This document shows positions 27,074 through 30,206 of a DNA stretch of 30,206 bases, piece by piece. Location of the stretch: assembly GCA_046485285.1 (NCBI GenBank), contig JAWOHE010000082.1, forward strand, positions 1 to 30,206. The letters run 5' to 3'. The position numbers were made by a program, and so were the translations under genes. This DNA is from a bacterium. Lineage in GTDB: Bacteria > Hydrothermota > Tepidihabitantia > Tepidihabitantales > Tepidihabitantaceae. Position 1 is the stretch's first letter. Every line of letters starts with the position of its first letter. Under the pieces are notes generated by a model. The model made no database searches. It was given only the letters and a program-made list of their open reading frames with translations, and had not been told where the DNA came from.

Positions 27074-28788
27074 CAGTACTGCCTCTCCCGGACCGGGAAC
27101 CGGCCGAGCCCGACGTCGCGGTACTCGAGCTCGACACCGCTGGCGCGCCGGAAGGCGAAGGTGTGTTTGAGGAACCGTTCGTCGTCGCGGGCTGGGAAGT
27201 CGCGCCGGGCGTGGGCACCGCGGCTCTCCTCGCGGGCGAGCGCGCCGAGCGCGACCGCGGGCGCGAGCGCGAGCAGGAACTCGAGTTCGAGCGCGCGGAC
27301 GAGCGCGTAGTTGAACCGGCGGCCGGGCGCGCCGACCGCGAGGTCGCCGGCGCGCGCCTCGAGCCCGGCGAGCCGCTCGACGCCCCGGTGCATCGCCGGC
27401 CCGTCGCGGAAGACGCCGAAGTGGTCGAACATCAGGCGCTCGAGCTCGGAGCGGAGGACGGCCGGGCTCTCGCCCCGGCCGCGGCCGACGAGCCGCCCGA
27501 CCCGGCCGGTCTCTCGCGCGAGGAGGTCGCGGACCGCGGCCTCGTCGGGCGCGGGCAGGGCATCGAGCGCGGCGCCGAGGCCGGTGCCGCAGAGCCGCCC
27601 GAAAACGAGCGTCTCAAGCAGGGAGTTGCCGCCGAGCCGGTTGGCGCCGTGGACCGAGACGCAGGCCGCCTCGCCGCAGGCGTGGAGCCCGGGGAGCGGC
27701 GTGGCGCCGTCGATGCCGGCCGGGACGCCACCCATCGAGTAGTGCTGGCCGGGCTGGACCGGCAGGGGGTTCTCGACCGGGTCGATGCCGGCGAAGTCGC
27801 GGGCGATGAGCCGGATGCCGGGCAGGCGCTCCTCGATGCGCCCGGCGCCGAGGTGGGTGAGGTCGAGGTGGACGTACTCGTTCTCGAAGCCGCGGCCGGC
27901 CTCGACCTCGGTCTGGATGGCGCGGGCGACGATGTCGCGGGGGGCGAGCTCCATCGCCTTCACGGCGTAGTCCTTCATGAACCGCTCGCCGATGCGGTTG
28001 TAGAGCAGGCCGCCCTCGCCGCGCGCGCCCTCGGAAATCAGGATGTTCGAGCCGAAGAGCGTGGTCGGGTGGAACTGGACGAACTCCATATCCTCGAGCG
28101 GGCAGCCAGCGGCGAGCGCGAGCGCCGCGCCGTCGCCGGTGTTGATGAGTGCGTTGGTCGAGCGGGCGAAGAGCCGGCCGTAGCCGCCGGTGGCAATGAC
28201 CGTGGCCGGGGCGGCGAAGCCGTGGAGCGTGCCGCCGGCGATGTCGAGCGCGACGCAGCCGCAGACGCGGCCGCCGGCGACAGCGAGCGCGGTGACGAGG
28301 AGCTCCTCGCACACCCGGAGCCCGCGGGCGGCCGCCTGCTCATAGACGGTGTGGAGCAGGTTGTGGCCGGTGCGGTCGGCGGCGTAGCAGGTCCGCGGGA
28401 AGCCGGCGCCGCCGAAGGGCCGCTGGGCGATGCGGCCGTCGGCGAAGCGCGAGAAGACCGTGCCCCAGTGTTCGAGCTCGCGGACCGCGGCCGGGGCCTC
28501 GGCGCACATCGTCCAGACCGCGTCCTGGTCGGCGAGGAAGTCGGAGCCCTTGACGGTGTCGAAGGCGTGCCGGGCCGGGGTGTCGTCGCGGCCGTCCGGG
28601 GCGTTGGCGAGCGCGGCGTTGACCCCACCCTGGGCGGCAACCGAGTGCGAGCGCAGGGGATGGACCTTGGTCAGCAGGACGACGTCGCGGCCGGCTTCGA
28701 GCAGGGCGAGCGCCGCGCGCAGGCCGGCGAGCCCGCCGCCGATGACGACGGCGTCGTGGCGGTGCAGGTCAGGATGTTGCTCAATCAT
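27073..28788 (-). CDS. sdhA: Succinate dehydrogenase/fumarate reductase flavoprotein subunit
   Basis: GGGLAG, RSHSVAAQGG (covalent FAD His), QRPFGG, QFHPT, SEGARGEGG, ELAPRD, HYSMGG, HGANRLGGNSL, ESRGAH. Confidence 0.95.
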   Translation of the reverse strand: MIEQHPDLHRHDAVVIGGGLAGLRAALALLEAGRDVVLLTKVHPLRSHSVAAQGGVNAALANAPDGRDDTPARHAFDTVKGSDFLADQDAVWTMCAEAPAAVRELEHWGTVFSRFADGRIAQRPFGGAGFPRTCYAADRTGHNLLHTVYEQAAARGLRVCEELLVTALAVAGGRVCGCVALDIAGGTLHGFAAPATVIATGGYGRLFARSTNALINTGDGAALALAAGCPLEDMEFVQFHPTTLFGSNILISEGARGEGGLLYNRIGERFMKDYAVKAMELAPRDIVARAIQTEVEAGRGFENEYVHLDLTHLGAGRIEERLPGIRLIARDFAGIDPVENPLPVQPGQHYSMGGVPAGIDGATPLPGLHACGEAACVSVHGANRLGGNSLLETLVFGRLCGTGLGAALDALPAPDEAAVRDLLARETGRVGRLVGRGRGESPAVLRSELERLMFDHFGVFRDGPAMHRGVERLAGLEARAGDLAVGAPGRRFNYALVRALELEFLLALAPAVALGALAREESRGAHARRDFPARDDERFLKHTFAFRRASGVELEYRDVGLGRFPVRERQY

Positions 28789-28926
28789 ACCGGTGCTTTG
28801 TGCCGCTCGTGGCGTCCTGACAAGATACCCGGGGGGCGGCCGCGAATCAAGCCCGGCCGCCGGGCCGGAAGTCTGACGCCGAATCGTCAGTCCGCAGGGA
28901 ACGAAACCGGCCCGCGGCTTCGCAAC

Positions 28927-29187
28927 TCAACCGATTGCCCGCGCCCACCGCGCCCGGCTGTCGCAGTCACAAGGACCCGGTCCTCCGGCACCGACCGCCG
29001 GCGTGCCGGTCCAGCCCCGGCGCAAGCTCCCCGAACGCCGCCCGGCAACCAGCCCCGGCGTCGGGCGCCCCACCCGGCCGCGCTCAAGCCGGCTGAGATG
29101 CGAATGGAAGCCAGGCCCGCGGCCCCTCAGGTGCGCCAGCTCGACGAGGCTCAGCCCGGCCCGAAGCCGCAACCCTCGTAACGCCAC
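28927..29187 (-). pseudogene. Degenerate XRE-family helix-turn-helix gene
   Basis: LRGLRLRAGLSLVELA...LSRLERGRVGRPT matches the HTH_XRE pattern. There is no clear start, and the frame loses protein-like character after GLVAG. Confidence 0.55.
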
Positions 29188-29342
29188 ACCCGGCGCAACC
29201 GTCTATCCCGGTCCAAAGCCCGCCACCTTCGCTTTACTATCCGTAACCTATGTTAGTAGAAACTAACGACCCGATCAATCGCTAAATCGTCATAATCGAT
29301 TGAAAAGCCAGCACTTCATTCACCTCCGAATTTACCCCCTCC

Positions 29343-29558
29343 CCCATACCCCCTACCGTACCCCCTACCGTAGGGGGTACCGTAGGGGGAACGGTAGGGG
29401 GTACGGTAGGGGGAACGGTTAGCCCTACCGTTGGGGTAACCGTTAGCCCTACGGTAGGGGGAACGGTAGGGGTAGCCGTAGGGCCTACGGTAGGGGTAAC
29501 GGTTAGGGGAACGGTAGGGCATACGGCTGGGGGAACGGTAGGGGTAGCGGCTGGGGGA
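29343..29558. repeat. Tandem array of 18 degenerate 12-bp units
   Basis: Consensus AC(G/C)GTAGGGG(G/T)(A/T), an exact 12-nt period with no indels. The first two units carry C-runs instead of G-runs. Confidence 0.9.
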
Positions 29559-29692
29559 GTGCGGGTGGGGATACGCCGGACGGCTGACCGCACGCGGTGC
29601 CGGGAGCCGGGCGCTGGAGCCCTGCTTCCCCGGCGCCGCCTGCTTGACTGCAGGCCGCCCAGGCCGAATCCTGCCGGGTGGGCGGTTTCGGC

Positions 29693-29720
29693 TTGACGGA
29701 CCGGCGCAGCGGACTATGCT
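29693..29720 (+). promoter_or_regulatory. Sigma70-type promoter
   Basis: TTGACG-N16-TATGCT upstream of a structured leader and the final gene. Confidence 0.5.
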
Positions 29721-29869
29721 GGTGCCGAACAGATGGGATGGAGTGCCGGGGTGTCGGCAGGCACCGCCGGGTAGTGGTAGGAACGGCAGCCTGTGGTGCC
29801 CGGTCTGCCGAGCAGCCGGAAACGCGGCTGCGAAGGAAGGAGCCGATGAGGAACGCGCTGTACCTGTGG

Positions 29870-29915
29870 CCCTCATCCTTCCCTCTCCCGGTGGGAGAGG
29901 GACAGAAGGTGAGGG
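29870..29915. repeat. REP-like palindrome related to 3114-3148
   Basis: CCCTCATCCT-TCCCTCTCCC-ggt-GGGAGAGGGA-CAGAAGGTGAGGG; perfect 10-bp core stem. Confidence 0.7.
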
Positions 29916-30001
29916 GGCGGAGCTTGGTCGCGGCCCGGATGTCGGAGCAGCGGCCCGGACTCACTGCGCCCGGGCCGGTCGGCGCTGAAGGGAGGCGTTG
30001 A

Positions 30002-30206
30002 TTGAGAAGGGGTGCAGTTGTCCGCAAAACTCAGGTCCTGGTCCTGGCCGGGCTGATGTGCCTGGCCTTGGGCGGGAAGTGCGGGTGGTTCCAGGAGGAG
30101 CCGCCGCTCCTGGAGCCGGTGAACGTTTCGAACAGCCCGGGCCGGAGCGAGGACCCTTCAATCGCGGTGGATTCCCGGGGGACGGCCCATCTGGTCTGGA
30201 CCGACT
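30002..30206 (+). CDS. Secreted or lipoprotein beta-propeller (BNR/sialidase-like) protein, N-terminal part (partial)
   Basis: RBS GGAGG and TTG start. Manual translation MRRGAVVRKTQVLVLAGLMCLALGGKCGWFQEEPPLLEPVNVSNSPGRSEDPSIAVDSRGTAHLVWTD. Confidence 0.7.
   Translation, partial: MRRGAVVRKTQVLVLAGLMCLALGGKCGWFQEEPPLLEPVNVSNSPGRSEDPSIAVDSRGTAHLVWTD

Noticed and set aside
26355-27218. Apparent 288-aa N-terminal extension of the aspartase
   Set aside because: It is an alternative frame over sdhB/sdhA. The real start is the coupled ATG at 26354.
27163-29181. 672-aa plus-strand ORF, and similar shadows at 13028-14677 and 22993-24477
   Set aside because: Antisense to sdhA, the amidase and the M28 peptidase; no independent coding evidence.
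29282-29876. CRISPR array, or PTV/PYRS repeat proteins
   Set aside because: The 12-nt units are contiguous with no spacers and no cas genes. The repeat ORFs lack convincing starts and arise because the period is a multiple of 3.

Overview
GC-rich bacterial window. The C-terminal sorting-type tails and repeat families resemble those I associate with candidate division WOR-3 (inference). Left end: the terminus of an IS3-family element cutting a small gene, then a secreted YVTN/YncE beta-propeller protein, a cluster of REP-like palindromes, an intact 2-oxoacid:ferredoxin oxidoreductase beta gene, and a 5'-truncated alpha gene joined at a 6-nt shared sequence to the 3' stub of a pirin gene. A nitrilase-family hydrolase and a YitT protein follow. 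The most striking unit is a 1752-aa Ser/Thr kinase-STAND ATPase-TPR-GAF-sigma54 activator. It is flanked on both sides by TGTCGCA motifs and followed by a -24/-12 promoter driving a 67-aa secreted peptide with two identical GIPLPPRPLPIPDP cores, a candidate undescribed peptide-signal/one-component receptor system. Next come the housekeeping run smpB-amidase-murI-rph-rluD, a lipoprotein, an effector-less STAND-TPR gene paired with a double zinc-ribbon gene, trmFO with an in-frame palindromic insertion, an M28 peptidase, a YdeI-family protein and an anchor-less sdhA-sdhB-aspA-like operon. The right end has a decayed XRE HTH, an 18x12-bp G-run tandem array and a partial secreted protein gene. All calls rest on motif reading by eye; no searches were run.
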